Of a stretch of DNA of 64,000 nt, positions 27,476 to 37,772 are shown piece after piece. Source of the DNA: Candidatus Dormiibacterota bacterium (lineage in GTDB: Bacteria > Acidobacteriota > Terriglobia > Acidiferrales > UBA7541). The notes below the pieces were generated by a model. That model was not told the origin of the DNA and made no database searches. It saw nothing but the letters and a program-made list of their open reading frames with translations. The translations under genes and the position numbers were made by a program. Each line of letters begins with the position of its first letter. The first letter of the stretch is position 1. The stretch is taken from the NCBI GenBank assembly GCA_035602135.1, contig DATNMX010000044.1, positions 15,269 to 79,268 of the forward strand. The letters run 5' to 3'.

Positions 27476-29149
27476 ATGAGTACGTCCATTACAGCTCCGG
27501 CGCACACCATGCCCCGGCAACATTATTTAAATTCGAGTCATAGCATCCGTTCCTGGCTGCTTACTACCGATCACAAACGCATCGCGCTGCTATATCTTCT
27601 TTCCGTCACTTTCTTTTTCGCGGTAGGCGGAATTTTCGCTACGATGATCCGCATCCATCTGCTAAGCCCCTCGGGTTTTCTGGTATCTCCGGAAATGTAC
27701 AACAGGCTCTTCACTATGCACGGCGTGGCGATGGTTTTCTTTTTCCTGATACCGTCGATCCCTGCGGTGCTCGGAAATTTCCTGGTACCTATGATGATCG
27801 GTGCCAAGGACCTGGCCTTCCCAAAGCTCAACTTGCTGAGCTGGTACCTTTACATCATTGGCGGCTGCTTCCTTCTCTATTCTTTTTTCATCGGAGGGCT
27901 AGATACCGGTTGGACCTTTTACACACCCCTTAGCAGCATTTACTCGAACTCCGCCGTCACGCCGGCGGTGCTTGGGATCTTCATCAATGGATTTTCGTCA
28001 ATCCTTACAGGCCTGAATTTCGTTGTCACCGTGCATACCATGCGCGCTCCTGGGATGACGTGGTTCCGCTTACCGCTCTTCATCTGGGCCCACTACGCCA
28101 CCAGCATTATCTTCATTCTGGGCACTCCGGTGATTGCCATCACGCTATTGCTTGTAGGGCTTGAGCGCATGTTCCACCTCGGATTTTTCAATCCGAACCT
28201 GGGTGGCGATCCTATTTTGTTCCAGCACCTTTTCTGGTTCTATTCGCACCCTGCCGTTTACATCATGATTCTCCCGGCGATGGGAGTTATCAGCGAAATT
28301 ATTCCAACCTTCGCCCGGAAACCAATTTTTGGTTATTCCTTCATCGCTGGTTCGAGTATCGCCATCGCGGTGATCGGCTTCTTTGTGTGGGCACATCACA
28401 TGTTTCTGACCGGCGAGTCCGTGTATGCAGCGCTGGCCTTCTCGCTGCTCAGCTATTTAGTCGCGATTCCATCCGCTGTAAAAGTCTTTAACTGGACGTC
28501 AACTCTTTACAAAGGTTCGATTTCCTACGACACGCCTATGCTGTATGCCTTGGGCTTCATTGGTTTGTTTCTTGTCGGTGGACTTACGGGGCTCTTCCTC
28601 GCGTGCCTGGGCCTGGATATTCACATCCACGACACCTACTTCGTCATCGCCCACTTTCACTACATCATGGTTGGCGGAGCGGTGATGGGTTACGTGGGAG
28701 GTCTGCACTTCTGGTGGCCAAAGATTACCGGGAAACTTTACCCGGAATTTCTGGCGCGCATCGCGGCTGTCGTTTTATTTTTTGGATTCAATTTAACCTT
28801 TTTCCCGCAATTCATTCTCGGCTATCTGGGGATGCCGCGTCGGTACCACTCCTATCCGCCGGAATACCAGGTGCTCAACGTAATGTCCACTGCGGGCGCT
28901 TCGATTCTTGCGGTCGGCTACCTGCTTCCGATGATTTACCTCTTGTGGTCCATTAAGTACGGTCGGGTCGCCGGACCAAACCCATGGCCTGCCACGGGTT
29001 TGGAATGGAAGACGGATTCGCCGCCGCCGACGGAGAACTTCCATGTTACGCCCGAAGTCACTTGGGAACCGTACGACTATGAGAATCGTCCCGATCTCGG
29101 CCTGGTCGCAGGTGTGTCGCCGGTTGCGCCAGCACATGGGGACGATTAG
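27476..29149 (+). CDS. ctaD: Cytochrome c oxidase subunit I (heme-copper oxidase catalytic subunit)
   Basis: The 557-aa product carries the hallmark segments [35 protein letters not shown] and [17 protein letters not shown]. Confidence 0.97.
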   Translation: MSTSITAPAHTMPRQHYLNSSHSIRSWLLTTDHKRIALLYLLSVTFFFAVGGIFATMIRIHLLSPSGFLVSPEMYNRLFTMHGVAMVFFFLIPSIPAVLGNFLVPMMIGAKDLAFPKLNLLSWYLYIIGGCFLLYSFFIGGLDTGWTFYTPLSSIYSNSAVTPAVLGIFINGFSSILTGLNFVVTVHTMRAPGMTWFRLPLFIWAHYATSIIFILGTPVIAITLLLVGLERMFHLGFFNPNLGGDPILFQHLFWFYSHPAVYIMILPAMGVISEIIPTFARKPIFGYSFIAGSSIAIAVIGFFVWAHHMFLTGESVYAALAFSLLSYLVAIPSAVKVFNWTSTLYKGSISYDTPMLYALGFIGLFLVGGLTGLFLACLGLDIHIHDTYFVIAHFHYIMVGGAVMGYVGGLHFWWPKITGKLYPEFLARIAAVVLFFGFNLTFFPQFILGYLGMPRRYHSYPPEYQVLNVMSTAGASILAVGYLLPMIYLLWSIKYGRVAGPNPWPATGLEWKTDSPPPTENFHVTPEVTWEPYDYENRPDLGLVAGVSPVAPAHGDD

Positions 29150-29234
29150 TTTTCTGGGTTGTCGCGACGGGATTTAACCAAAACGCTTGGCGGCTCGTAT
29201 CGCGCCATGAATTGATTTAGAAGAGGAGCACCGC

Positions 29235-29966
29235 GTGCATCGCAGCGGAGAACTGTACGGACAGTTTCAAACCCTGGAACAGCAGAAAGACTCTGCTGCT
29301 CTGGGCATGTGGGTGTTCCTGGTCACCGAAGTCTTGTTCTTCGGCGGCCTCTTCATGACGTACACCATCAACCGTCACGCATACAGCGTCGCGTTTGGTG
29401 TGGCTAGCAATACCTTGGACCTTAAACTTGGTGGTATCAATACAGTGATTCTGATCCTGAGCAGTTTGACCATGGCTATGTCCGTGTGGGCCTCACACGT
29501 CGGGAAAAGAAAACAGTTAATCAGATTCCTGGTCGCCACGCTCGCTCTGGGCAGCGCCTTCCTGGGTATCAAGGTAATCGAATACAAGCAGAAATTTGAT
29601 CACCACCTGGTTCCTGGACACAACTTTCAAATCGACTACCGTGTTCAACATCCCGCGCCCACCGATTCACCGGAACAAATTACCATCGAGAAAGAAGAAT
29701 TGGAGAAAGCTTTCGCCCGGGATCCGGAGCTAAATGCGCACGCCCAGCTTTATATGTCGCTGTACTTTGGTATGACCGGGCTGCACGCCTTGCACATGAT
29801 CGTGGGTGCAGGATTGCTCGTATGGTTGATTTGGGAATCCGTGCGTGGCCGGTTTACGCCCGAGTACAATACACCGGTAGAGATTGTAGGTCTGTACTGG
29901 CATTTCGTCGATATTGTCTGGATTTATCTATTTCCATTGTTGTATCTGATCGACCGGCATAGATAG
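29235..29966 (+). CDS. ctaE: Cytochrome c oxidase subunit III
   Basis: GTG start after GAGGAG. It is a polytopic membrane protein with the subunit III patterns (LGMWVFLVTEVLFFGGLF, YFGMTGLHALHMIVG, YWHFVDIVWIYLF). Confidence 0.9.
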   Translation: MHRSGELYGQFQTLEQQKDSAALGMWVFLVTEVLFFGGLFMTYTINRHAYSVAFGVASNTLDLKLGGINTVILILSSLTMAMSVWASHVGKRKQLIRFLVATLALGSAFLGIKVIEYKQKFDHHLVPGHNFQIDYRVQHPAPTDSPEQITIEKEELEKAFARDPELNAHAQLYMSLYFGMTGLHALHMIVGAGLLVWLIWESVRGRFTPEYNTPVEIVGLYWHFVDIVWIYLFPLLYLIDRHR

Positions 29967-29998
29967 CACCACGCTGCTATAAGACGGGAGAAGGTTGC

Positions 29999-30322
29999 GT
30001 GTCTGAGCACATTGTTTCACCGAAGATTTATGTCGCTATCTTCGCTACATTGATGATTCTCACCGCAGCAACGGTGGGCGCGGCTTACGTTAACCTCGGC
30101 CCATTCAATATCGTCATCGCGCTCGCCATTGCTTCCTTGAAAGCTACTCTGGTGGTGCTTTATTTCATGCACGCCCGTTACAGTCCCAAGCGTACCCACC
30201 TGGTTATAATCAGCGCTGTCTTCTGGCTGGCCATTTTGCTTTTCCTCACTCTTAGTGACTACAGCACGCGCCAACACGTAGTTAATTCCCTGTCTGCTGC
30301 CTCGACAACCTTCCGCTCCTAA
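29999..30322 (+). CDS. ctaF: Cytochrome c oxidase subunit IV (small prokaryotic caa3-type subunit)
   Basis: GTG start after GGGAGAAGG. The 107-aa product has three TM helices and the pattern YVAIFATLMILTAATVGAAY...LKATLVVLYFMH, typical of the CoxD/CtaF family. Confidence 0.75.
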   Translation: MSEHIVSPKIYVAIFATLMILTAATVGAAYVNLGPFNIVIALAIASLKATLVVLYFMHARYSPKRTHLVIISAVFWLAILLFLTLSDYSTRQHVVNSLSAASTTFRS

Positions 30323-30450
30323 GCACAATCGGTCCCCGCGCCGAACTCCTGATATTGGGCCTGGCGCGGAGCTTCGCGCGCATACAGAGTCGCAACCCGT
30401 GTGTTTTAAGTTGGATGGAGATTCCGGCTGGAGCAGCCAAAAGGAAGAAG

Positions 30451-30512
30451 GGGGGAGTCGCGAACCGGCCCAGCCCTCAATCCCCTAAAGGGATCCTCGG
30501 CTCGCCTCCCCC
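30451..30512. other. Extended imperfect hairpin (about 20 bp in three helices) inside a 490-nt non-coding gap; candidate structured RNA or REP-like element
   Basis: Hand-folded. GGGGGAG (30451-57) pairs with CTCCCCC (30506-12). GCGAACCG (30460-67) pairs with CGGCTCGC (30498-505) with one mismatch. ATCCC (30480-84) pairs with GGGAT (30490-94) around the loop CTAAA. Confidence 0.4.
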
Positions 30513-30811
30513 ACTGACCTGGTGAATGCAAGTCGTACGCCAGCACTAAATCGTTTATTTGCAATGTCCTGCTGGGCCACCCTACGTAAAAACGTTCCAC
30601 GTGACCTAAAAATTACCAGCATGAAATAGCTTCTACAGCGAACCCTGCAGGTACCACCTTGCGGAAGGAATCGATGGCTTTGACCATCCTGTGATTCATT
30701 TGCTCGCTCTTTCTTGACCGTCCCGAATCACCCCTGTTATTGTGAAGAGTTACTCTGGCCTCGCTGGGAGCCACTGTGGCCAAGCTCCTGTGGAGGGAGC
30801 GCTTTCGTATC

Positions 30812-33703
30812 ATGGGTCTGACCAAACTGGTTGTCCGGGGCGCTCGGCAACACAATCTGAAAAACATTGATGTCGAAATCCCCCGAAACTCTCTGACCGT
30901 CATCACCGGGCTTTCCGGTTCGGGCAAATCTTCGCTCGCCTTCGATACCATTTATGCCGAGGGCCAGCGGCGCTATGTAGAGTCGCTTTCCGCTTACGCA
31001 CGCCAGTTTCTCGATCAGATGGAGCGCCCAGAAGTCGATGTGATCGAAGGGTTGTCCCCTTCCATCGCCATCGAGCAGAAAACCACAACGCGCTCGCCCC
31101 GCTCTACCGTCGGCACTGTCACCGAAATTTACGATTACCTTCGCGTAATTTACGCTTCGGTTGGGACACCGCATTGTCCCAACTGCGGCAAGCCCATCAC
31201 CCGCCAATCGAGCGAACAAATCGTTCAGAGCATCTTGCACGGTGAGCTTTGCAAGCCCGAGGACCGTATCATGATCCTTGCGCCAATTGTTCGGGGGCGA
31301 AAAGGAGCATACCGCAAGGAGCTTGAAAAATTCGCTCACGATGGCTACGTACGTGTACGCATCAACGGGGAACTCTTCCCTTTGGACGATCTTCCGGTCA
31401 TTGACAAGCGCAAGAATCACACCATCGAAATTGTCATCGACCGCCTACTGGTGAAACAGGGGATTGCTGCGCGGCTCGAACAGTCCATCGCAACGGCACT
31501 CAAACTCGCCGGTGGCCTGGTGACAGTGGCCATTGTGGGCGGCAAAGAGCATGTTTTTTCTGAGAAACTTGCCTGCCCTGATTGCGGCATTTCCGTGCCG
31601 CAACTCGAGCCACGCTCCTTCAGTTTTAATTCACCTTATGGCGCGTGTCCGGCGTGCAACGGTCTGGGTTCGAGATACGATTTTGATCCTGCGCGGGTGA
31701 TAGTCGATTGGACGCGCCCGCTTTTTGATGGTGGGCTCGGCCCGGGATCTGGCTCGACGATTCTGCGACGCACACTCCAGCTGGCCGCATATGCGCATGG
31801 CTTTAATCTGGACACGCCGTTCGAAATGTTTTCCTCCCGCATCCAGGATATGTTGTTATGCGGCTATCCTCCTTCAAATGCCGGCCCCGCCAAACAGCAA
31901 GATGAATCCCCAAAGAAAAAATCGCGCAGGGAGAAAGGCTTCCACTTCCAAGGCATCCTCAAATTTCTGCAGAGCAATTTTGAGGAGTCCAGTTCCGATT
32001 CTTACCGCGAGTGGATGACGCAGTACATGTCCGCGACGCTCTGCAGTATTTGCCACGGCAAACGCCTGCGGCCTGAATCGCTGGCTGTCAAGCTCGGCGG
32101 ATGGTCCATCGCCGATTTCACTGCGCTGTCGCTCAGCGCAGCGCGTCCGGCTGTCGATAAAATCCTGGCCCAGCTTACGCCGCGACAAAGAGAAGTCGCC
32201 GGACGCCCACTAGAGGAAGTCTCCGAACGGATCGATTTTCTGCTGGCCGTAGGTCTCGGCTATCTCAGCCTGGATCGCTCAGCGGCCACGCTATCAGGCG
32301 GCGAAGCCCAGCGCATTCGGCTGGCTACCCAGATCGGCTCGCGGCTGCGCGGGGTACTCTACGTGCTCGACGAACCGAGCATCGGCTTGCATGCCCGAGA
32401 TAACGACCGCTTGCTCGGCTCTCTGGAGCAACTGCGCAATCTCGGCAACACCGTTCTAGTCGTCGAGCACGACGAAGACACAATCCGCCGCGCCGATTTT
32501 GTCGTCGATCTCGGGCCCGGTGCAGGCGACGCCGGCGGCTATCTCGTCGCCCAAGGCAGACCCGCTCACATCATCGCTACGCCGGAATCACTTACAGGCC
32601 AGTATCTAAGCGGCGCGGCCCGCATCGCCGTACCCGAGAAACGCCGCAGTCCAAATGGTAAAGCTATTCAGATTCTTGGAGCCTCCGCCAATAATCTGAA
32701 AGATGTCGACGTTACGCTTCCCCTGGGCCTGCTTACGGTAGTGACCGGCGTCTCCGGCTCCGGCAAATCCACTTTGGTCAACGACATTCTCTATCGCGCT
32801 CTCGCGCAAAAACTGTATCGCTCCAAGGAACCGCCCGCCGCGTATCGCGAGCTCCTGGGCGCCGAACAAATCGATAAAGTCATCGAGATTGATCAGGCTC
32901 CCATCGGCCGCACTCCGCGTTCGAACCCGGCGACCTACACCGGCGTCTTTGCCCCCATCCGCGATCTTTTTTCCATGCTGCCGGAATCCCGCGAACGCGG
33001 TTATCGTCCTGGTCGCTTCAGCTTCAATGTTAAGGGCGGGCGTTGCGAAGCCTGCCAGGGCGATGGCCTTCGCTGCATCGAAATGAATTTCCTTCCCAAC
33101 GTTTACGTAACGTGCGAGGTGTGTCGCGGCCGCCGCTATAATTCGGAAACACTTGCCGTACGTTACAAAGGGCACTCGATCAGCGATGTTCTAAACCTTC
33201 CGGCCTCCGACGCGCTCAAGCTCCTTGAAAACATCCCACAAATTCAACAGAAGCTCTCGACCCTCGCGGAAGTCGGCCTCGGCTACGTCACCCTTGGCCA
33301 GTCCGCCACCACGCTCTCCGGCGGCGAAGCCCAACGCATCAAGCTGGCCCGAGAACTTTCAAAGCGCCAGACCGGACGCACTCTCTACATTCTTGACGAG
33401 CCCACCACCGGGCTGCATTTTGATGACGTTCGAAAACTCCTCGATGTGCTGCAGCGCCTCGTCGGGCTCGGAAACACGGTGCTCATTATTGAACACCATC
33501 TCGACGTCATCAAACAGGCCGACTGGGTTATCGACCTGGGCCCCGAAGGTGGCGAAGGAGGTGGTCGCATCGTGGCACAAGGGCCGCCCGAGTTGGTCGC
33601 GCGCACAAAGAAGTCCTACACCGGCCAAGCCCTAGCCCGAGTTTTGGGCTTGAACGGTTTTGCCCACCCGAGCGTCAACAGCCAAAACGGTTCCAGCAAG
33701 TGA
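30812..33703 (+). CDS. uvrA: Excinuclease ABC subunit A
   Basis: The ATG at 30812 follows GGAGGGA; the track ORF starts at the GTG at 30776. The N-terminus is canonical ([62 protein letters not shown]). Two ABC modules are present ([24 protein letters not shown]), along with zinc modules (CPNCG, CPDCG...[14 protein letters not shown]...CEVCRG). Confidence 0.97.
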   Translation: MGLTKLVVRGARQHNLKNIDVEIPRNSLTVITGLSGSGKSSLAFDTIYAEGQRRYVESLSAYARQFLDQMERPEVDVIEGLSPSIAIEQKTTTRSPRSTVGTVTEIYDYLRVIYASVGTPHCPNCGKPITRQSSEQIVQSILHGELCKPEDRIMILAPIVRGRKGAYRKELEKFAHDGYVRVRINGELFPLDDLPVIDKRKNHTIEIVIDRLLVKQGIAARLEQSIATALKLAGGLVTVAIVGGKEHVFSEKLACPDCGISVPQLEPRSFSFNSPYGACPACNGLGSRYDFDPARVIVDWTRPLFDGGLGPGSGSTILRRTLQLAAYAHGFNLDTPFEMFSSRIQDMLLCGYPPSNAGPAKQQDESPKKKSRREKGFHFQGILKFLQSNFEESSSDSYREWMTQYMSATLCSICHGKRLRPESLAVKLGGWSIADFTALSLSAARPAVDKILAQLTPRQREVAGRPLEEVSERIDFLLAVGLGYLSLDRSAATLSGGEAQRIRLATQIGSRLRGVLYVLDEPSIGLHARDNDRLLGSLEQLRNLGNTVLVVEHDEDTIRRADFVVDLGPGAGDAGGYLVAQGRPAHIIATPESLTGQYLSGAARIAVPEKRRSPNGKAIQILGASANNLKDVDVTLPLGLLTVVTGVSGSGKSTLVNDILYRALAQKLYRSKEPPAAYRELLGAEQIDKVIEIDQAPIGRTPRSNPATYTGVFAPIRDLFSMLPESRERGYRPGRFSFNVKGGRCEACQGDGLRCIEMNFLPNVYVTCEVCRGRRYNSETLAVRYKGHSISDVLNLPASDALKLLENIPQIQQKLSTLAEVGLGYVTLGQSATTLSGGEAQRIKLARELSKRQTGRTLYILDEPTTGLHFDDVRKLLDVLQRLVGLGNTVLIIEHHLDVIKQADWVIDLGPEGGEGGGRIVAQGPPELVARTKKSYTGQALARVLGLNGFAHPSVNSQNGSSK

Positions 33704-33839
33704 ACGCATTCGAACGCCGCTTCACCACGCCGGTCTTCACGCCATTATCATTTTGCGAACTACGACCCAGGCTTGGGCTTCCTTTAGGCATCTTCTTCTT
33801 GCGCCGTGGTTTGCTTCTCCATAAAGTTGAGCTCTGACA

Positions 33840-34847
33840 ATGAGTATTTACGACATCCAACCCCTGGGCCTCGGCGCGGTTCGTACCTACCCGCTATTTT
33901 CCCGCAAGAGCAAGGTCAACATAAAAGACTTCGCCAAAGCTCCCGCGAGCAACGCGTCATTCACAAAATTCCTCGACTCTCTCCCCAACATTCTTGCCGG
34001 CGAAGATCTTCGTCAGCTCTTGCTTGCGATTCACAGTGCGCGCAAGCAGAAAAAAGCGATTTTATGGGGCATCGGCGGCCACGTCATCAAGGTCGGACTC
34101 GGCCCTGTTCTCATCGATTTGATTCGTCGCGGCTTTGTCTCCGGCATCGCCATGAACGGTGCGGCGCTCATCCACGATTTCGAAATCGCGTTAGCGGGAA
34201 ACACTTCCGAAGACGTTGACGCCGGTATTGGCGCAGGGCAATTCGGCATGGCCAGCGAAACTGGCCGTTACATCAATGAAATAGCAGTCTACGCCGCGCA
34301 CAACGGTATAGGTTACGGTGAATCTACCGGTAAATTTTTATCCAGCGGCCGCCTAAAACCAACATTCGGATCGTTCAGCGTTCTCGTTGCCGCCTTTAAA
34401 CACGGTATACCCGTCACCATTCATCTCGCTATCGGTACGGACATTCCACACATGCACCCTGCGGCCGATGGCGCTGCGCTGGGAGCGGCTACGCATCACG
34501 ATTTCCGCCTTTTTTGCGCGTTAGTTAAGCGCATGCATCCCGGGGGCGTATATCTGAACTGGGGCTCCGCCGTTCTGCTGCCGGAAATTTTCTTGAAGGC
34601 GGTGTCTGTTACTCGTAATCTCGGCGTAAATCTGCGGCCCATCACCACCGCCAACTTGGACTTTATCCAGCATTACCGCCCCCTGCAAAATGTAGTGAAG
34701 CGTCCGACGGCCTCCGGAAACAGCAATCGTGGGCCGAAATCGCAGGGTTATGCCATCACCGGCCATCACGAATTGTTGATGCCCTTGATCGCCACGGCGC
34801 TGGCCACAGGTTGGCCCCGAAACTCGACCACCAGAACGAGAAAATAA
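33840..34847 (+). CDS. Deoxyhypusine-synthase-like family protein (putative; function uncertain)
   Basis: The 335-aa soluble protein contains LWGIGGHVIKVGLGPVLIDLIRRGFVSGIAMNGAALIHDFEIALAGNTSEDVD. By eye this resembles the DHS-family core (tsnliSsGlre.i..L......d.ivTTaGg.eeD). The family call rests on recollection only, and the stated confidence applies to that call. Confidence that the ORF is coding is higher. Confidence 0.5.
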   Translation: MSIYDIQPLGLGAVRTYPLFSRKSKVNIKDFAKAPASNASFTKFLDSLPNILAGEDLRQLLLAIHSARKQKKAILWGIGGHVIKVGLGPVLIDLIRRGFVSGIAMNGAALIHDFEIALAGNTSEDVDAGIGAGQFGMASETGRYINEIAVYAAHNGIGYGESTGKFLSSGRLKPTFGSFSVLVAAFKHGIPVTIHLAIGTDIPHMHPAADGAALGAATHHDFRLFCALVKRMHPGGVYLNWGSAVLLPEIFLKAVSVTRNLGVNLRPITTANLDFIQHYRPLQNVVKRPTASGNSNRGPKSQGYAITGHHELLMPLIATALATGWPRNSTTRTRK

Positions 34848-35791
34848 TGACTCTCTTCGACGACGATACGCTTAAGACGCCCTCCCACGAATTGGAGTCC
34901 CCAGGCGAGCCGTCTCCAGCCGCGGGCCGACAGCCCGATTGTTCGGGCGTGCCGTCGCTTCCTTCCGTGCTGGCCGGAGATCCCATTGCCTCTGCGGCTG
35001 TTACCACCGTCCGCCCGAAACACTTTCTGCCAACCGACCTGCGTGTCTCCTGGTCCTGGCCGCACCTCATTGTTTTTCTGTTCTTTAGTTTTGCCAGCCT
35101 CCTGGTTGTACAGCTCGGTTTTGTTTTCTATGTGTCTGCTCATAATCATATTTCCGCCCAGCAGGTAGAGCTGCTGTTTCGAGCCAAACCACAATTCCTG
35201 GTCGGCACCAACCTCCTGTGGTACGCGCTACTCTTCTTGTTTCTTTACGTTACGCTGGCCGTCTTGCGTGGCTCACCTTTCTGGAGCTCTCTTGGCTGGC
35301 AAAGACTGGACACGACTCTCACTTCCGGCAAGGGTGGTCCGTGGATGTATTTTTTGTCTGGCTGCGGCTTGGCTATTTTTGTGGCACTGGCCAGCTCACA
35401 CATTAAGACCGAGCATGTCCCCATCGAGGAGTTGTTCAAGAACCGCAGCGGCGCGCTGCTCCTCATGGCCATGGCCATATTCGTGGCGCCGCTGGTCGAG
35501 GAGACCGTTTTCCGTGGCTACCTCTATCCGCTGTTTGCCAAATCTCTAGGTGTGTTTCCCGGCATTCTGATCACTGGCGTGCTTTTTGGCCTGATGCACG
35601 GCGCGCAGCTTGGCTGGACATGGGGTCTCGTCACACTCCTTATATTTGTCGGCGTGATCTTCACGGTTGCACGCGCCTGGACCGGCACTGTGGTCGCCAG
35701 TTTCTTGCTCCATCTGGGTTACAACTCAATGATTGCTCTGACCTCCATCATTGCCACCCGGGGATTTCAGCATATGCCTCCCAGTCAGTGA
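34847..35791 (+). CDS. CPBP-family intramembrane glutamic endopeptidase (CAAX protease-like)
   Basis: The ATG at 34847 overlaps the upstream TAA (TAATG). It is a polytopic membrane protein with the CPBP motifs EETVFRGYLY, FGLMH and LHLGYN. A cytoplasmic N-terminal extension of about 80 aa is rich in Pro and Ser. Confidence 0.85.
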   Translation: MTLFDDDTLKTPSHELESPGEPSPAAGRQPDCSGVPSLPSVLAGDPIASAAVTTVRPKHFLPTDLRVSWSWPHLIVFLFFSFASLLVVQLGFVFYVSAHNHISAQQVELLFRAKPQFLVGTNLLWYALLFLFLYVTLAVLRGSPFWSSLGWQRLDTTLTSGKGGPWMYFLSGCGLAIFVALASSHIKTEHVPIEELFKNRSGALLLMAMAIFVAPLVEETVFRGYLYPLFAKSLGVFPGILITGVLFGLMHGAQLGWTWGLVTLLIFVGVIFTVARAWTGTVVASFLLHLGYNSMIALTSIIATRGFQHMPPSQ

Positions 35792-35989
35792 ATTAGGCTA
35801 GTGCATAGGCCAGCGACTTAGATTGGCGAATTATTTTCAGCGGGATCACCGCTGAAGAATAAGCGTAGATTAGTGGTTAGACTTGATGGCTTCGCTTTAG
35901 CTCGGCGCAAGACGGAAAGACATTTGGCTCGCCGGGCCGACATGAACCCGGAATCGCTGGATCTATACCAATTAGAGGATACGAACCGC

Positions 35990-37057
35990 ATGTATGTAGC
36001 CCAGCCTATCGAATGGACCGAAAGCGGCGTGATCATGCTCGATCAGCGTCGGCTTCCCACCGAAGAAATTAGTTATACGTACACCGACTACCGCGAAGTT
36101 GCCAAAGCCATCCGCGACATGGTTATCCGGGGAGCGCCAGCCATCGGTGTTGCTGCCGCGATGGGCGCCGCGCTCGGCGTGCTGCATGCGCCAGCAAAAT
36201 CTGTCGATGCTTTGCGCGCGCAATTCACGGACATTTGCGACACCTTGGCGAAAACCCGCCCAACCGCCGTCGATCTTTTCTGGGCGATCCAACGTATGCA
36301 GCACCGTTTTTCGGAATTGACCGCGCAGACGTCAGATCTTGCGAAAATTAAGGCCGGTATGGTCACTGAAGCCCGACAGGTCCATCTTGAAAAAAGAGCC
36401 ATCGACGAAGCCATCGGCCGTTTTGGCGCGGAATTCATGCCGCGCGAAGGTCAGGTAATGACCCAATGCAATGCGGGCGCCCTTGCCACCGGAGGCATCG
36501 GCACAGCTTTGGGCGTGATTCGCACCGCCTTCGAACAAGGAAGAAAGCTGCACGTGTTGGTTCCGGAAACTCGTCCTTATTTGCAGGGTGCTCGTTTAAC
36601 TGCTTGGGAATTGCACAAGGGCGGCATCCCGCTTACCTTAATCACCGACAACATGGTCGGCCATTTTTTGAAGACCGGTAAGGTGGGCGCTGTCGTCACC
36701 GGCGCCGACCGCATTGCTGCCAACGGCGATACCGCCAATAAAATTGGCACGTATCAAATCGCGGTGCTTGCGAAAGAGCACAATGTTCCCTTTTACATCG
36801 CCGCGCCAATCTCCACGTTCGATCTTTCCATTCCTGATGGCGACCACATCCCCATTGAGGAGCGGCCGGCCGCCGAGGTCACGCACTTGCAAGGTATCCG
36901 CATCTCGCCTGATGTTCACGCGGCCCATCCGGCATTCGATGTGACTCCGGCGCGCTTTATTGCCGCGATTTTCACGGAGCGCGGTGTCGCGTCTTTCCCG
37001 TATACCGAATCCCTTCGCTTGCTCGTGGCTCCTACACAAACCGCTGCTACGTTGTGA
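35990..37057 (+). CDS. mtnA: S-methyl-5-thioribose-1-phosphate isomerase (methionine salvage)
   Basis: The start is most likely the ATG at 35990 ([23 protein letters not shown]), preceded by AGAGGA; the track ORF starts at 35873. MtnA/eIF-2B-family motifs are present: [41 protein letters not shown] and PFYIAAP. Confidence 0.9.
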   Translation: MYVAQPIEWTESGVIMLDQRRLPTEEISYTYTDYREVAKAIRDMVIRGAPAIGVAAAMGAALGVLHAPAKSVDALRAQFTDICDTLAKTRPTAVDLFWAIQRMQHRFSELTAQTSDLAKIKAGMVTEARQVHLEKRAIDEAIGRFGAEFMPREGQVMTQCNAGALATGGIGTALGVIRTAFEQGRKLHVLVPETRPYLQGARLTAWELHKGGIPLTLITDNMVGHFLKTGKVGAVVTGADRIAANGDTANKIGTYQIAVLAKEHNVPFYIAAPISTFDLSIPDGDHIPIEERPAAEVTHLQGIRISPDVHAAHPAFDVTPARFIAAIFTERGVASFPYTESLRLLVAPTQTAATL

Positions 37058-37058
37058 G

Positions 37059-37772
37059 CTAGCTCTGGTGGCGGATGCGTTCTGCGAGGTTGCGCGCACG
37101 CTGTCGCGCGATATCCACAAATCGCGAATCGCTCCCAATCTGGTCCAGTATTGGAAGTGCGCGCTGCGGCTCGGGAAGTAACTTGCGGTTCAGGTCGATC
37201 TCGAATTGCAGCAGTGCATCGTTGATCCCCAAACGGTCATATCTCATGCGCCTGCTGATCAGCATTACGTGTTCCTGCTGGCGTGCCAGGCCTTCAAACA
37301 CTTGCAGCAATTGAGTCGCTGCTGAATTCAAGGTGTAATTGAATTTCACTTCATGAGCTTCTGTACCTTTTTCCCAACGGAAGGTCTTCTCGCCGAGGTT
37401 GGCGATCTTTCGGTGGACGTCCAGGTCCTGGTCTTTAAAGTGGTTCAGTTGGGTGGCTAACGCAAACATCCTCGCGCGAAGCGCGGCGCTCACATCGAAT
37501 GGTTGAGCGCTGGCCTCCTCTTCAAGCTGCCGAATCTCGTACGTCGCTGCATCGGAGTCCTCATGCACGACCACTTCGATGAACTCCGGCGTGCTCGATT
37601 TGAATATCCGGCGAAATGTGAGTCTTGCGGATTTAGGGAAGGCAGAAAGGGTTCTCGAAGGCGTGCTGGCCGCTATAGCTTTATCCGAGGACTGGACCAC
37701 CCCCAGCGATGAAACTAATGGCAAGCACACGGTGAAGACTAGTAAAGTGAGCCGCGAAAAGGAATTTGTCAT
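37059..37772 (-). CDS. Exported hypothetical protein
   Basis: The likely start is the ATG at 37772 (MTNSFSRLTLLVFTVCLPLVSSLGVV, signal-peptide-like), immediately after the ruvC stop. The longer track ORF, up to 37976, overlaps ruvC out of frame. I recognise no family. Confidence 0.6.
   Translation of the reverse strand: MTNSFSRLTLLVFTVCLPLVSSLGVVQSSDKAIAASTPSRTLSAFPKSARLTFRRIFKSSTPEFIEVVVHEDSDAATYEIRQLEEEASAQPFDVSAALRARMFALATQLNHFKDQDLDVHRKIANLGEKTFRWEKGTEAHEVKFNYTLNSAATQLLQVFEGLARQQEHVMLISRRMRYDRLGINDALLQFEIDLNRKLLPEPQRALPILDQIGSDSRFVDIARQRARNLAERIRHQS

Noticed and set aside
30406-30600. 64-aa minus-strand ORF, and an SRP-RNA-like CACCAGGTCAG string on the minus strand
   Set aside because: The ORF has a GTG start with no Shine-Dalgarno and a Gly/Arg/Pro-rich product. 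The SRP resemblance is limited to about 10 nt. The following bases cannot form the conserved helix-8 GNRA tetraloop and symmetric loop, so I do not call an SRP RNA. I also saw no tmRNA, RNase P or 6S hallmarks.
30600-30811. SOS (LexA) box upstream of uvrA
   Set aside because: I searched by eye for GTTC-N7-GTTC, CTGT-N8-ACAG and GAAC-N4-GTTC types. The only near-hit is GAAC-CCTGCAG-GTAC (about 30640-30654), which fits none of them.
30613-31420. Minus-strand ORFs 30613..30951 and 30737..31420 (227 aa), and also 32606..33175 (189 aa)
   Set aside because: They are antisense to uvrA, whose identity is unambiguous.
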